From the human T2T-CHM13v2.0 reference genome, Homo sapiens, in the NCBI RefSeq assembly GCF_009914755.1, contig NC_060927.1: DNA of 64,000 nucleotides. One strand, given 5' to 3'. The notes under the pieces are model-generated. The model saw nothing but the letters and a program-made list of their open reading frames with translations, did not search any database and was not told where the DNA came from. The position numbers were made by a program, and so were the translations under genes. The stretch's first letter is position 1, and the number at the start of each line of letters is the position of its first letter. Of this stretch, positions 26,607 to 40,662 are shown one piece after another.

Positions 26607-27158
26607 GGTTGGTAGACACTGCAGTTGCCTATCCCATAGCCATTTCCTCCTGCCAAACACACATCTTTTTTTATTATAATATAATTATAGTATATTTGCA
26701 TAGAGGATCAAGCCCACTGATCTCGGATTGATGAATACCAAAAGAATAAATCATTTTTTGGCAAATCTGTCATAAAAACTCACCCCCATAGCTGTGATTA
26801 ATATAAGGAGAAGAAAGTGACAATACTGTGGCCAAGAAGACATAAGAAGTTTACTGAGAAGAAACTGTGGCTTCTTTTAAAACAAGCAAACAAACAAAAC
26901 CCACTCAACTCTACCTATGGAAAGATTTATGTTCAAACTCTTTTTTCACTTCCACTGTGAATATGGCCAACGAGTTTTGAATCTGAATATTAGAAACAGC
27001 TTGCATTGTTGATGGCATCTTTGGGCAAGTAACTACCTATATCCAGACACCCTAGTTATGAGGAAAGACTGCTCTTTAGATTATTAATTAATTAATAGTT
27101 TAATAAGTAAAGCTATGTATTTATTTGCTCAAAATTGAACCCATTCCTAACCAATATA
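26607..27158 (+). mobile_element. MLT1 (J/K/L-like) MaLR LTR
   Basis: Start GGTAGACACTGCAGTTGCCTATCCCATAGCCATT; end CATTCCTAACCAATATA. Confidence 0.6.
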
Positions 27159-28279
27159 GAGAAGGAATTGAAGGCCTATAACATTTTTTTCCACAGGAGA
27201 AGGTCAAAGGCTAAAACTTTGTTTTGAATATCAATGATTTTGGAACATCTAAGTTGGACATTCAGGGTCCTGATGATGTAATTTAGAAACCTTGTCAGGG
27301 ATGAAGGACTGAGAGTAACCTAAGAAGTCCATGAAATGCCCATCCTTATTCCCATTTAAACAGAGCAACTTCTCTATTTTTTAGTGTTGAGATTTCTGAT
27401 AAGAACAATGTTCTTGTTCTAAACTCTTTAAAAATGACTAATATGAGTCATAATCTTCAGAATTATATAAATAGCTGCTTAAAATGTTAATCATATTAAT
27501 TTTTTTGAAATTAAAGTTTATTCTACGTTTTCCTGTCAGAAACTTCTACCTGTTCTTAGATTAAAAAGTTACATGACAGCAGGAATTTGACCTAATTGTA
27601 GATAGTGTTAATTATGGCATTTATACAGCTCAGTAACAATAAGCTGGGGAGTTTTGATAATTTTCTGGAGATTCTTTATGAAAATTTAAACCCAGATTTA
27701 TACTTTAAAGCATATAAGACTGCATTGTTTTTCAGTTTAGCTACAGTTTTCAGATTATGTTCTTGGTAGAAAATGACCTGTAAATTAAAATTAGCACCAA
27801 AATATTTAAGTAAAATAGTCATAGATATTGAAGAGATATAGAACAAAATGATCATCTTTTCAAATCTTTTGCTAGTATTAAATGATAAATTATTTTTTAA
27901 ACAACAATTATTGTGAGACTATATGGATTTTGGAATTTAATGTCAAATATTGCCATTTTCTAGACAAAGCTATCTTTTTAATCCATTTATTTGAAGAACA
28001 ATATAAGCTTAGGAGATGGTTCAAGTTTATTCCTCTTATATCTCAGTGCATTTAAGAATTTAGATGAAAGTAAACACAAAATACAACATGGAGATTTTTT
28101 TAATGTGGTAATTGACTTTAAGAGAATGGGCAAAGAAATCAATATCTATTAGAGACTTTAGAAATAATAAAGATGTGATAGGATATTCATAGTTGAGTAG
28201 GAGGTCTTTATGCATATCTGACTGTGTCCATATAAAGGTGATTTGTATGCTCAAATATGATGTGTCATGTTTTAATAGC

Positions 28280-28548
28280 CTTTTTTAAAATGTAGTCTTG
28301 GGTTCACAGAAAAACAGGAAGTACAGAGAGTTCTCCTAATACACCCCTACTCCCATAAAATCATAGCAACCCCACCATAAACGTCTCCCATCAGAGTAGA
28401 ACTTTAGTTACAATCAATGAACTAGCTTTGATACAGTATTATCAAAGTCCATAGATTATATTAGGGTTTATTCTTGGAGTTGTACATTTTATGAGTTTTG
28501 ATAAATTAATAATGACACGTATCCACCATTATAGTGTCATGCAGAAAA
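28280..28548 (-). mobile_element. L1MC/MD 3' end
   Basis: GGTTCACAG...GTACAGAGAGTTC...GTTACAATCAATGAAC...ATCCACCATTATAGT. Confidence 0.8.
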
Positions 28549-28711
28549 TGCAATGAATTTTTCAAAACAAATCAAGGGAATTAGAGAACTGAATATTGAT
28601 TCAGCAAATCTAAACAACAAAGAAAATCCATTTTATGGTTCCTGAAAAAGCCTACGTACTTTACTTATTAATTATTAACAATTTAAGCTATTTATTGTAA
28701 AGCTGTATATA

Positions 28712-30400
28712 ATTTTTTATTGAGATACAACAACATATCCTAAATTGTACCCTTTAAACATGAATAACTTTGTGGTTTTTTGTATATACAGTTTTACAAA
28801 TATCACCACTAATTCTAGAACATTTTCATCAGCACAAAAAGAAACCCAGTATCCATCAGTAGTAGCACCACTTTTTCAGCCCTCTCCTCATCCTTTGGCA
28901 ATGACTAGTCAACTTTCTGTTTACAATATTTGCCTTTGTTAGACATTTAATATAAGTGAAAGTATACAACATGTGGTTTGTTATGTCTAGCTTCTTTTAC
29001 TCAGCGTAATGTTGTCAAGTTACATCGATGTTCTAGAATGTATCTGTTCTTTATCCCTTTTGGTGACTGAAAAATATTCCATTGTATGAATATATCACAT
29101 TTTGTTTATCTATTCATCAAGTGATAGGCTTTTAGGTTATTTTTCCACTCTTTAGCTATCATGAATATTGTTTCCATGAACATTCCTGTATTTTTTTTGT
29201 AAACATACATTTACAATTTCTTGGCTATATACATGGTAGTATAACTGCTAGGTCATGTAGTAATGCAATGATTAGGTTAGGAACAACAAACTGTCTTCTG
29301 CAGAATTTGCAAAATTTACTTGCCCATCAGAAATGTATAAGGGTATTAATTTCTCTATATCCTTACCAACATTTGATATAGTTTGTTTTTGATTATAGTT
29401 AGCATAGGTGTGAAGTAGTATCTCATTATGCTTTTGATTTAATTTCTCTAATGACTAATGATGTTGAGCATCTTCTCATGTGCTTTTTGCTGATTTCAAT
29501 TTTTTTTGAGAAATGTATATTCAAATAGTTTCCCCTTTTAAAAATTATGTTATAAATCTTCTTATTGTTAAGTTGCAGTGTTTTTATATATTCTACATAG
29601 AAATCCTTTATTGGAATATAACTTACAAATAATTTCTCTTATTCTATGGATTGTCCTTTAAGTTTCTGGTTGTTGTTTTCTGAAGCACAAATGTTTTTAA
29701 TTATGAAGATAATTTACCTACTTTTTCCTTTTGTTGCGTATATATTTAGTGTCACATATAGGAAATCATTCCCTTACCCCAAATCATAAATATTTGCAAA
29801 TAACTTTCATTCTAAAATTTTTACAGTTGTACCTCTTAGATTTAGGTTGTGATGCATGTTGAGTTAATTTTTGTATATAGCATAAGGTAAATGTCCAAAT
29901 TTATTATTTGAATGTTGATTTATGATTTTATCAGTACCACTTTTTGCAAATACGATTCTTTTACAATTAAATTGTATTGGCACCCTGGTTGAACACAAAT
30001 TGATCATAGGTATGAAGACTTCTTTCTGGACTCTCAATTTTATCCAACTGATCTATATACACATCCTTATTCCAGTATTACACTGTCTTAATTACTGTAG
30101 TGAGGTGATAAGTTTGAAATTAAGGAAGTATGTGTTCTCCAATTTTGTTCTGTTTTTCAGTATTGTATTGGCTATTCTGTGTTCCTTGCATATGAATCAA
30201 TTTCTGGGGGAAAAAAGATGGAATTTTCATAGGAATTACATTAAATATGTAAATCAGCTTTGGGAATATTTCTGCCTTAACAAGATTAAGTCTTCAGCCC
30301 ATGAGCACAGAATGTCTTTTCTTTTACTTGGGTCTTAATTAATTTCTTTCAATAATGTTTTTGTCATTTCAATGTAGAAATAAATATACAATCTCCAATG
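28712..30400 (-). mobile_element. L1MB-like 3' UTR plus ORF2 end
   Basis: TTTTATTGAGATA...TTCTAGAACATTTTCATC...CTAATGACTAATGATGTTGAGCATCTT. Confidence 0.9.
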
Positions 30401-30440
30401 ATTTTTTGTCATTTCAATGTACAAATAAATATATAATCTC
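30350..30440. repeat. ~45 bp tandem duplication at the L1 5' boundary
   Basis: TTTTTGTCATTTCAATGTA.AAATAAATATA.AATCTC twice. Confidence 0.9.
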
Positions 30441-31029
30441 TGATATTACAGTTTATTTCATATAGTTTGTCAATTTAGATCATCTTTTTGAACTGTTAGT
30501 GTCTGTTGTGAAATGTGATTCTTTTATATAAAATAATTACTATTTTCATCAGATTTTTGCAGACTAAATATTTATTTTATGTGCCATCACTTTTGTTCTG
30601 AATCAATCAATACACAAATTGAGTGGGGATAAGAGTGAGTAAAGAAATACAATAATCTTATAACAGGTATCCTTCCAGACTGACATCATTTCATTTAAAA
30701 AATTATTTGGCTATTTTGTTCAAGCAGATATTATTTTACCTACCAATCTTCATTTCTTTTAATCAACCAGACCAGTAAGACAGAGCTGAACAAATACCCT
30801 ATTAATCTTTCCTATAGCACTAACACTGCTAAAAAATAAAAACATCTTAGGTTAAGAATTAAACAAAATTTTAATGATATCATGTTACTTCTTTTTGTAA
30901 ATATATACATTGAATATTAAATGAGATTTCATACAATTTCAAGAGATTAATATTAAGCCCTTATTTCTTTGTCTATGAATTTAAATGCTGCTCATTAACT
31001 TTGACTATCTAACAGTGTTGAGAAAGAAA

Positions 31030-31403
31030 TGATATGGCTTGGCTGTGTTCCCACCAAAATCTCATCCTGAATTGTAGTTCCCATAATCCCCCCGTTTCAT
31101 GGGAGGGAAGAGATGGGAGGTAACTGAATCATGGAGTACCTTACCCTCACACTGTTTTTGTGATAGTGAGTGAGTTCTAAGAGATCTGATGGTTTTATAA
31201 GGGGCATTTCCCCCTTTGCTCAGTATTTCTCTCTCCTGCCACCATGTGAAGAAGGACTTGTTAGCCTCGCCTTCCACCATAATTGTAAAGTTTCCCGGGG
31301 TCGCCCGACCATGTGGAATTGTGAGCCAGTTAAACTTCTTTTCATTTATAAATTAGCCAGTCTCAGGTATTTCCTCATAGCAGCATAAGAATATTCTAAT
31401 ACA
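31030..31403 (+). mobile_element. THE1C/D-like solo LTR (ERVL-MaLR)
   Basis: TGATATGGCTTGGCTGTG...CTAATACA termini; 5 bp TSD AGAAA/AGAAC. Confidence 0.93.
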
Positions 31404-34400
31404 AGAACACATCACACTTATTTAAAGTATGAAAATCTTGTGATGTATAGAGAGTAAATAAGTAAATGAATAAATTATTTCACATAACTGGCAGAACTAA
31501 GATAATACCTGAAGTTGTCTGATCTTGAGGGTCTAAGGGAGATGCCATATCAGGAGGTGGAGAGAATCATCAGGCTTTTCTACATCGGTCAGTCTGACTC
31601 ACCTATAAGTTGATGCCATCAAACAATTTCTTACTCAAAACTCCGTAACAATCATTGGAGACATGTTTATTAATTAAAACACTGACGATACTGCTCAGTG
31701 CACAGTTGGTATCTGAAATATATTTGATAAATGAACAGATGAATAAAAGTATATTTTTCCCCTTTTTTGCTTACATACCGTTATCCACTGACCACTCACC
31801 GCTACATCTACTCCCATTGTTTCCTACATCCCCTGATCCACAATGCTCTAACCTAAATTATTATGTCTTTGTTCATATCCAAATGCTTCATTACTTATTT
31901 CTTTTTCAGCACACCAAATGATATTCTAGTATGTCTGTCTTAGTAACCACTGGACAGTGATCACCCTAAAAACAATTTTTATTATTATCAGTTTTATATT
32001 ATAGGGCTTGGATTGTAAAAGCTGCACAATAATTCTTTTCAGCTGAAGAAAGTTAAAAACATGTGTTTATATTACCAGCTCTATCTTACAAAGTTAATAC
32101 CTAATGTATTTGGTACACATATTAATAAATAAAAATATAAAACAACTTTTAGGAAATATTTTATTCTATAATAATTTATTATATGTATAATCATAAAATA
32201 ATAATTACAGTTGCATTTGTTTGTAGTAATTACAATATTTCTCTATACAAAGTATTAAAATTAACAGTGATATAGAATAGTCATTAAATATCAACACAAT
32301 TTGTGTAATCATCATCTGCAAAGCACTAATATATTCAGCTTTTATTAAAAGTTTTCAAATTCAATTACACATTTTAAACTTTTATTTACCTTGTTGTATT
32401 TGAAAGAACTTCATAAGTAACCACTTCAAATGCTTGAAGTACAATTATTAATTAGCTCTTTCTCACAAAATGCCTAGTAAATGAGCCTTGCTTTTCCTCT
32501 TCTATAAATTAATAAATGCATCCGTAAGTGGATTAAGCTCGCATGACACCCTAGCAACTTTGTTTTTTTCTCAATGATAGAAATATATTTTAAAATCTTT
32601 TTCAAATAATTCTTTTACATGCACACTTATATCAAAGGGAAAATATTAGTGTCACAGAATATAGAAGGGATAGGTGGGTATAGGAGAGATAGGTAGATAT
32701 AAGAAGGATAGGAGGATATCGTGGTGATAGGTCCAATGTTCAGTTTAATTTAAAGGCCTAGTTCTGTACTATTTGATTCTCTCTGTATATAGCTCTGCCT
32801 GTGTGATTTTACTCATTTTTACATTTTCCTGCATACAGAAATAGTGACTTTACTAAATTAGATGTGTAAGCTTGATGCCAATTTCTTGTTCTAGACCCCT
32901 TATTTGTTATGTAAAATTATATCAATTTTAGAAAGTTGTTACATTGACTATATTAACAAAAAGTCTTTAGCATAAATTTTGAACCATATTGGATACTTTT
33001 GAATGGGTGGATTCCTTCTACACCTCTTCAGCATTTCTATCTTTTTCCATAATTACACTGTCCAAGGATAGACACCATAGTGCATCAGTGGCTTATACTT
33101 AGTTATGATACCAAATATCATACAGGTGCATTTTATAATTTTTTTGTCTAAAGTCTTGGGCCTCAAACCATAGTTTTAACTGTAAACTCATGATCAATCT
33201 GAACCTGCTCATGTGTTTCTCCTTTTGTCAATATGCCTGGATAAACTGCTCTTCCCTCAAGTATCTAAACCCAATCTCAATTCTCTTTGTCTCAGCAGAT
33301 GTGATTACTATTTCTTTTACAAAAATAGTTTCAGGTAACATGTCATGCACTCCATGAACTCTTACTCTTCAACTTCAGATTTTCTATCACTTCATCCCTG
33401 TTATTTCTGTACAGTTGTTTTCCAGGCTTTTGAGCCCACTTTTGCCTCTTCTCCAGATGAGGGAAAAAAAAAAATGTTTGCTTGCATTGTCATTGTAAGT
33501 TACAAAATTTCCTCTGATGACAAACAATGGTTCTATTCTACTAGTCAAGAATGTGTAAAAAAACAGGAAAACTTAGGGATTTTTCTCATAGTTACTTGGT
33601 GTATAATGGGAAAACAAACTTTCAATAATTTCCTGCTTAGATATTTTGCTCACAGGGATACAGAGTGATGTTATAACTTGGCTGTTACTCTTGTTCATGA
33701 TTTTGCCCAGGTAGGATAGATTTATGGCTGAGGTCTGAGCTATAAATTAAAGTATGTCATGGTTAAGCTGATAAATGTTCCACGGAGCTGGCACATTTTT
33801 TGCTGTGCTTATAAAGACGAGCCATAATCTCCTCTGTGTGTGTTTCTGTTCTGTGGAAATCATGATTATATTCAAAGGTGTAATTGAGGATATTTCTAAA
33901 ATGTAATCATGGGTAAAAATCATTTTAAAAGCTTATATATAGAAAGCATATTTCACCTAAACTACAATTCTTTCCATAGGGTGCATACTGTAGGAAACAA
34001 ATGCAAATTGACCAGCAAATATTTGGGCATGACCAGACTCAAAAATGGAACGAACGAATAGATTTGCCTGCCAGCAATATTGCAATTCTGACTAGCAGAT
34101 GATCATTTGGCACCCTAGAACAAGGCAATGATTGACTCTACATGACCAACATTTCACAGATCTATGCTGGTGCAGGTAGAGGTGGGTAATTACTTCAGCC
34201 ACCCAAGGGGAAAGGGGGGAGCAGGTGTTAGGCTGCCAGCACAGCTCAAGTTTCCACTCATTTCCCATATAAATGTAGCTGGTGGTAGGAGCCAAGAAAT
34301 TTGAGTCAGTTGAGACTTTTGCCATCTCAATTTGGGGGATTATAATTGAGCTTTTGCCTCTCTGACCTGATTCTTTCTAGTGCATTTTCCATATTGGTAA

Positions 34401-36084
34401 CTTTCAATGTAACTTTTTCCTAAGTTCTTTGTGTTCTCTTAGAAACACTGACTACATAACTCACATGCTGTTTCAGTAACAACTGACAAATTTGCCTTTT
34501 GAAAGATTTATTGCATCAGCTTGCCTGACAGAAGAGCTGATCATGGAAAGGATAGATTTGTCTATTTGTCTCATGGAGTTCTTTACCCTCTGTTAACATC
34601 TATAGAAGGACTGAGGAGGGAAGGAGAGGCTAGTGAGTTACTATACATGAAAATCATTTAAAATACTTAAATGATGAGAGAAAGCCCCTAGATAGGCAAA
34701 TGTGTTCCCTTTTTTGCTTCTATTGTTCTAATCTTGTAAAAAATTAATAGTTAAGTATTAAATGTGACTAAGCCAAATTTATTACTCAAAATCACCTACT
34801 GTGTCTCAGTCTCTCATTAACTTTTTTCTCTTTTTCATGCTTATTCATATGTGTTTGCACATTGTACATGCCTGTAAAGATGTCTCATTTTCCAAGCACA
34901 TTTCTTGCTAACTGAGGCTTGTATATTTAAAGGTCAAATTTGGAGTGGGTGAAAGGTGTTTGTTTATTTAGATTCTCTGCTTAGCCATTCTTGATGGAAA
35001 AACAAAATTGTGCTCTCTTAAAAGTATTATATATTTTTCTATTTTTTGTAACTAGAGTACAATTTGCCTTTTTCTAATGACACAGAGACATTAATATAAG
35101 CACGATTCCATTAGTAAACTATTATACCTATATAATATCTTCAAGGGCTATTGAGGAATATAGAACTGTTTGCCCTATAATAAATGGATATGACACTGAA
35201 ATATTTCACAGATACTTACTTTCTCACTTCAATGTCAGGCTATAGGTTTTCACTTCTTGCTACTGCTTTATAAATGCTTATTTATGCACCTGCTAATTTG
35301 CCCCTCAAACGTCCTCGGGCCTGGAGAAAGAGATAATCACCTTTATAGAACTGTGTGCAAAGATATCTTTGAAGGTGTCTTCTAAGAGTTAACCACAAAA
35401 TCTTTTATACATTATTTTATTACTAACAGAAAATTTTTGTTTGCTTTCTATATTTCAGTTACTGCAGATGGTCGAGGTTGTTGAATACCAAATCTTAAAA
35501 AAAGTGATAACATTTCTATTTTCTTTTTAGTTTGTGTTTTTACTCATTCTTTTTTATTTAAATATATTCCATTTGATATCACTTTCTGCTTGAACTTTCC
35601 CTCATTCTCTGATATAAAATCAATGTTTTATCTTCCAACTCCTAGTGTTCTAATCTGCTAAGTGACTAGATGACAGCCTGGTATTAATTTATGTGTGAAA
35701 ATTATGCTGCTTGTATGGAAGGAAGCTTCTCCTAGCATTATTTTAGGCATCTACCATATTACATTATGATTAAGGCTAACATAGTTGTTTTTTCTTCATG
35801 TAGAATACATTAAATATAATTTAAATAGCTTGATTCATTTTTTATCAGAGTTTATAACTTCCAAATTCTAATTTATAACTTTCAATTTCCATGACTATTT
35901 TTGGAGCATAGTTGTCAACCCAAGAGAAGATTTTTATAGTAAGAAAATAATGGAAATCAAGGAAGTCTCAGAAGCTCCAATATATAAAATGTCTATTTTT
36001 AGATATCATTATCAATATATTGACATATATATTTTCTGAGAATCCATATAAAAATAGGTTAACAGGGTGTGTTTTCAGAAATTT

Positions 36085-36305
36085 TGTCATTGCGTAGCAA
36101 CTTAATCGTAGGTATTCATGTCAGGTAGAATTTAACTTCAGTCTTGTCTTCATCACTTAAAATTTGTATAATCCTAATAACTTAATCAACTTCTCTCATA
36201 GTTCATTTTCTCATCTGTAAAATGGTGGTTGTAATATTTATTTTTGAGTGTTTTGTAAAAGTACCTAGCCACATACTGAGCAAATGATAAATCCTTAACT
36301 AATTA
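36085..36305 (+). mobile_element. MIR
   Basis: TTTTCTCATCTGTAAAATGG core. Confidence 0.7.
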
Positions 36306-37704
36306 TATTTTTTATTTGTCTGTCTTAAGTTTCCCAAACAGTTTTTTAACCCACTTTCCATATGTTATTCTCAAAGGATTTGAAAAATAAACTTTAACAT
36401 TTCCCACAAAAACCTTTAACATCTATTGATCAGATTTGACATGTCCTTGGGACTCTTTATTGCTGTGATTATATCTTTACTTTTAACTTTTTGTCATTAG
36501 TAATTTTGAGAAGAGCCTATAGGACATCATACACAAGATCAGGTATTTTTGTGGGATTTGGAGCTGAGTGTTTATTAAACCTGTGACTTATGGCGTGGTG
36601 TACAAACTTAGGTACTCTGCAATTTTACACATAAATGGAGTTAACATCTAACTTTTAAATGTTGTAAAGATTAAATAAGTGCCCCTTCCAAATGGGGCAC
36701 ATTCAGAAATGACATCTTGCTTCTCACAGTTCTGTTTTGGGGCCCTGCAACAGGCACCACAAAAGCACTCAGGAAGAACTCCCTGTTCTGATGAACCTTC
36801 AATTCCCCTGATTTGTCCAGGAGGTTTTTAGCCTCCGAGTTTGTAAATTTTTGTTTGTTTGCTGCAGTATTTTATCTTAATGCTTGAAGCTGGCCTGAAT
36901 CGTTGGCCTCCCTCCACAGTTATGATTTGATTCCCTTCGTAACTATGCTATTTTTGGCAGTTTGGGGTAAACTATTTCTCTTGTCTAGACTAGAATCATC
37001 CATTCTTAACATGATCTAACCACTCACACAAAAAATTCAGTTGTATACGGTACAGTAGTGATAACACTTGAAAACAGTTTTTATTTTACAAGTTTCATTC
37101 TTATATTCTTAGAGTCATAGTTTGATGTAGATGAGAACTTTCCGATGGGCAAGCCAGGATTTATTCCAGAATTTTGATGGAAATAATGAGTTGACTAGAA
37201 ATTGCCATAAGGAATAACAAAAACTAAGAATTACCTTTTATGATTAAGAAAATATTTAAGAGGGGACATTAACAATCTCTCAAGGCATCTGATAGGCTAC
37301 CATAAGAAACTGTCTACAAAGTTTTCTCTTTCTCTGATATTTTAAAACAGGATTGAGATGGATGAATGGACATGAGAAGATTCCCAGTCAAAAAAGCACA
37401 ATATGGAAAATACAATAGAAATATAGTAAGAAACTCCTTATTGCTGAAAATATAAAGAGAAGGTGGACATTTCATTTTCTCAGATTCCACCACATGGAGA
37501 TGAGATGTGAAGCTATAGAAAGAATTGATGCCAAGACCAGACTAATAAGAAATTTGACAATTAAGATGCATTTAATGCCAATATTCTCCAATCCTCACTG
37601 ATTATTTTTGAGATACAACTCTAAAAAGAGGTTTTCAACAAGAGAATAGCATAAGGTACCCCATTTACGATGTGGAGAAATTTGATTGCTTGAACAGTAG
37701 TTAA

Positions 37705-38001
37705 TGTCTGAATGCGGTGGCTCACGTCTGTAATTGCAGCACTTTGGGAGGCCGAGGCAGGCAGATAACTTGAGGCAGAAGTTCGCGACCAGCCTGGCCA
37801 ACATAGTGAAACCCCATGTCTACTAAAAACACAACAATTAGCCTGGCATGGTGACACATGCCTGTAAACCCACCTACTCGGAAGGCTAAGGCACGAGAAT
37901 CTCTTGAACCCAGGAGACGCAGGTTGCAGTGAGCCAAGATGGTGCCACTGGCACCCCAGCCTGGGCATCAGAGTGAGGCTCTGTCTCAAAAAAAAAGAAA
38001 A
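37705..38001 (+). mobile_element. AluS (Sx/Sz-like)
   Basis: Full dimer with CCAGCCTGGCCAACAT and poly-A. Confidence 0.93.
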
Positions 38002-38947
38002 GTAATGAATGAACAGCAGAGTTATATATCTAATGATAGTCCATGTATAGATAAGAAATGCAGGACATGATTTCTACAGAAAATATAGGTGATGATTGCA
38101 ACTACTTTTCAGGCTTGCATACACCGCTTATTACGCAACAACTTTTTAGGCTCATCCTTACAAGCAAACTTTATATTCATTATGATTACGTCTATGTACC
38201 TGACATTTTCCACCAGCTGAGTTTTGTGCCGTATCTGTGATCTATATAGCCTCACATTCTGCTTACTCATCCTGTGACTGAGGAAGGAAAGCAAGACACT
38301 AACATGTGACAAGCTCCAGCATCAGAAACATTTCCAGAAATTATGCCTCAGAGAAAAACATATATACTTTGTAAACCATTTGTTATTTGTAATATTATTA
38401 ACAAATATTGGTCACAATCCACATGTCAACAGTTTTATAGAAATCACTTAAACAATAATGATGTTAAAATTCTAATTTTAATTGAGAAATTTAGAAAACA
38501 TTTCCACATACATAAAAAATTATGCATGTTATTGTTTTATAAGCTAGAAAATGAACATCTCTTGGTAAGTCAACTAGGGGAACATTAAAGCTCACAACAT
38601 TACTGTCTGCGAGAGGCCAAAATTTGAAAGTAGATCTAGAATGTCACTGCAACTAACAAGGCTTTGGCTGACAGGCAAAGCCTAGAAGAGACTGGTTGGG
38701 GAGGAGGATTTTGAATTATTCTGATCAGTTCAGGGGTTGGTGATTTCCCTAACACAATGACAGTGTCCAGAAAAATGTCTACCATTTTACTTATGTTTTA
38801 AGGGCTTAGGATATTGAAAAGGAGATTGGCCACACACATTAGTCCCAATAGGGTACAGACAGTTGTCAGCTCTGTTAGTGACAGAGGGGCTCTGTTTAGG
38901 TTGTTATTGATGTTATTGATGGGAGATTCTGGTGAGAAAGAAAGATA

Positions 38948-39018
38948 CTTTATTTATCTACACACCTATCTATTTAATCTATCAATCAATCTATCTATCC
39001 AGGTAGCTAGCTAGCTAC
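38948..39018. repeat. Degenerate (TCTA)n/(TAGC)n repeat
   Basis: TATCTATTTAATCTATCAATCAATCTATCTATCC...TAGCTAGCTAGC. Confidence 0.6.
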
Positions 39019-39059
39019 ATAGTATACTGTTCTCCTGGGTGGAAAAAGATCAGTGGTTT

Positions 39060-39530
39060 ATTTCCTATGATATTCTGTGGTACCGGCCTAAGCCATGGGA
39101 CAATGTACCTCTTAGATCTCTGACTGTAGGAAGCCTAATTGATTGATAGTCCCGGCTACTGTGCCCTGAAACTTATTAATATTATTGTGTTCATGTTAAT
39201 GACACACTTCCCATGAGCCTCTGTCTGGCAATAACAGAGGTGGCAGGAATACTAAAGTCTATTCCTGGGAGACAAGAGACAGCTCTCATATCAGTCTTTG
39301 TCTGTGGGACACCCCATCAATTCTGCTGAATATTCATGAATCTGAGCTGCAATCCAAGTGGCTTCTACCCTCCCCTTTTTCCTTCTCTCTCTCTTTTGCA
39401 AGTTCACAGCTACATTGCAGACAGAGAGTGTCTGGCTTCATTCCCATGAATTTTATGACATGCCTTTCATCTAACAGAACTTTTGATGTCCACTCCCATC
39501 TCAGGGTACGTTTCTTGGATAAGTTGGACT
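39060..39530 (+). mobile_element. ERVL LTR16-like LTR
   Basis: GTAGGAAGCCTAATTGA...GGCTACTGTGCCCTGAAA...ATTCCTGGGAGACA...CCCATCTCAGGG. Confidence 0.6.
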
Positions 39531-39835
39531 AACAGAGGCAATGGATGATTGCTTACATTCACGTAGAAAATCAGGCATGGTTGTAGCATGAAGATGCGCT
39601 GTAGGACCTTGGTTGTAATATGAAAGTGGGCTGTAGGATGAAGGTAAGCAGAGAAGTGATTTAAATCCCAGAAAGCAGGCATTTTACAAGCAAAAGAAGA
39701 TATCAAAAGGGCCTTTATAGTAATTGTTTAAGATCAGGTCTTCAAACCAAAAACAGGGTAGGTGGTTTTCTGAAAGAATAAACCAGGACCTCTATTCTAG
39801 AAATTGATATTATATCTAATAATAATTCCAGTGTT

Positions 39836-40040
39836 AGGAGTTAGGAAACTACATTTTGTGGTGAGGTTGCAGTCTGTTTTTGTATGATCCATAAGTTGGG
39901 AAGATCTTTTATCTTTTACATTTTTAAAAAGTTGGGCAAAAAATACACAATGAAGAATGTGCAAAAGAAACTGCACGAAGTGCCTCAACTCTAAAATATC
40001 TGCCATCTAGACGTTTATAGATAAAGTTTGCCAATTTTTA
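39836..40040 (+). mobile_element. MER58-like hAT-Charlie
   Basis: AAACTAC...CTGTTTTTGTA...TTTTACATTTTTAAA...CTAAAATAT...AAAGTTTGCC. Confidence 0.7.
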
Positions 40041-40155
40041 CCACAGAGGAATTCAGAAACAGAAACCAGGGGGAAGCTAAGATATTAAAATTCACTATAT
40101 GATAGACCCTGGCTTATAATAAGATAAAATAGAAAACCTAGGTGTCTGACCTAGA

Positions 40156-40344
40156 TAGAGTTCCCAGTTTTAGTAAATTAAAATTCAAAACATGCAGTTA
40201 CATTTAAATTTCAAATACACCATGACTAATTTTTTAGTATGAGCATCTCCAAGTATTATATAGGATGTCTTTATACTAAAAATTATTTGTGGCATACCGG
40301 AAATAAACTTAACTGGAAACCCTGTGTTTTATCTGGCAACACTA
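40156..40344. mobile_element. MER53 palindromic MITE
   Basis: TAGAGTTCCCAG...TAATTTTTTAGTAT...ATACTAAAAATTA...TTAACTGG...TTTTATCTGGCAACACTA. Confidence 0.8.
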
Positions 40345-40662
40345 AGCTAAGGACATAGGACAATTCTAGAAACAGTATGACTAAGTTGATTCCGTGTTTC
40401 ATCTAGGATAGAAGAGAAAACTGTAGGAATAAAAACAATAACCCTTGCTAAATCTTACAGGACACGAAAGTGACAAATTCAACCAACGTAAGAATCACTG
40501 TGTCCTTACAGAGACCATTTCATAATCAGTCAGCCAATATTCATAAACATATTATTGAATATTTCTTGTGTGTTACTCATTGAGATAGCAGCAAGATACA
40601 TAAGACCTACATGAAGCATGGAGTCTAATAAAGGAGACAAAAAGTAATAAATATGTATAAGA

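Noticed and set aside
27180-27200. Strong-looking splice acceptors (27195; also ~33298, ~35458, ~46946, ~54515)
   Set aside because: Polypyrimidine-CAG is frequent in T-rich DNA, and I could not pair them with donors into a consistent reading frame.
29922-30338. 138 aa hydrophobic ORF
   Set aside because: Antisense of L1 ORF2; T-rich codons give a false membrane-protein appearance.
32655-32732. GGATAG-rich purine tract as a possible G-quadruplex or satellite
   Set aside because: Degenerate low-complexity sequence lacking four G3 runs.
33345-33668. 107 aa ORF in unique sequence
   Set aside because: No recognisable domain, includes a poly-A-encoded lysine run, and has no supporting gene structure.
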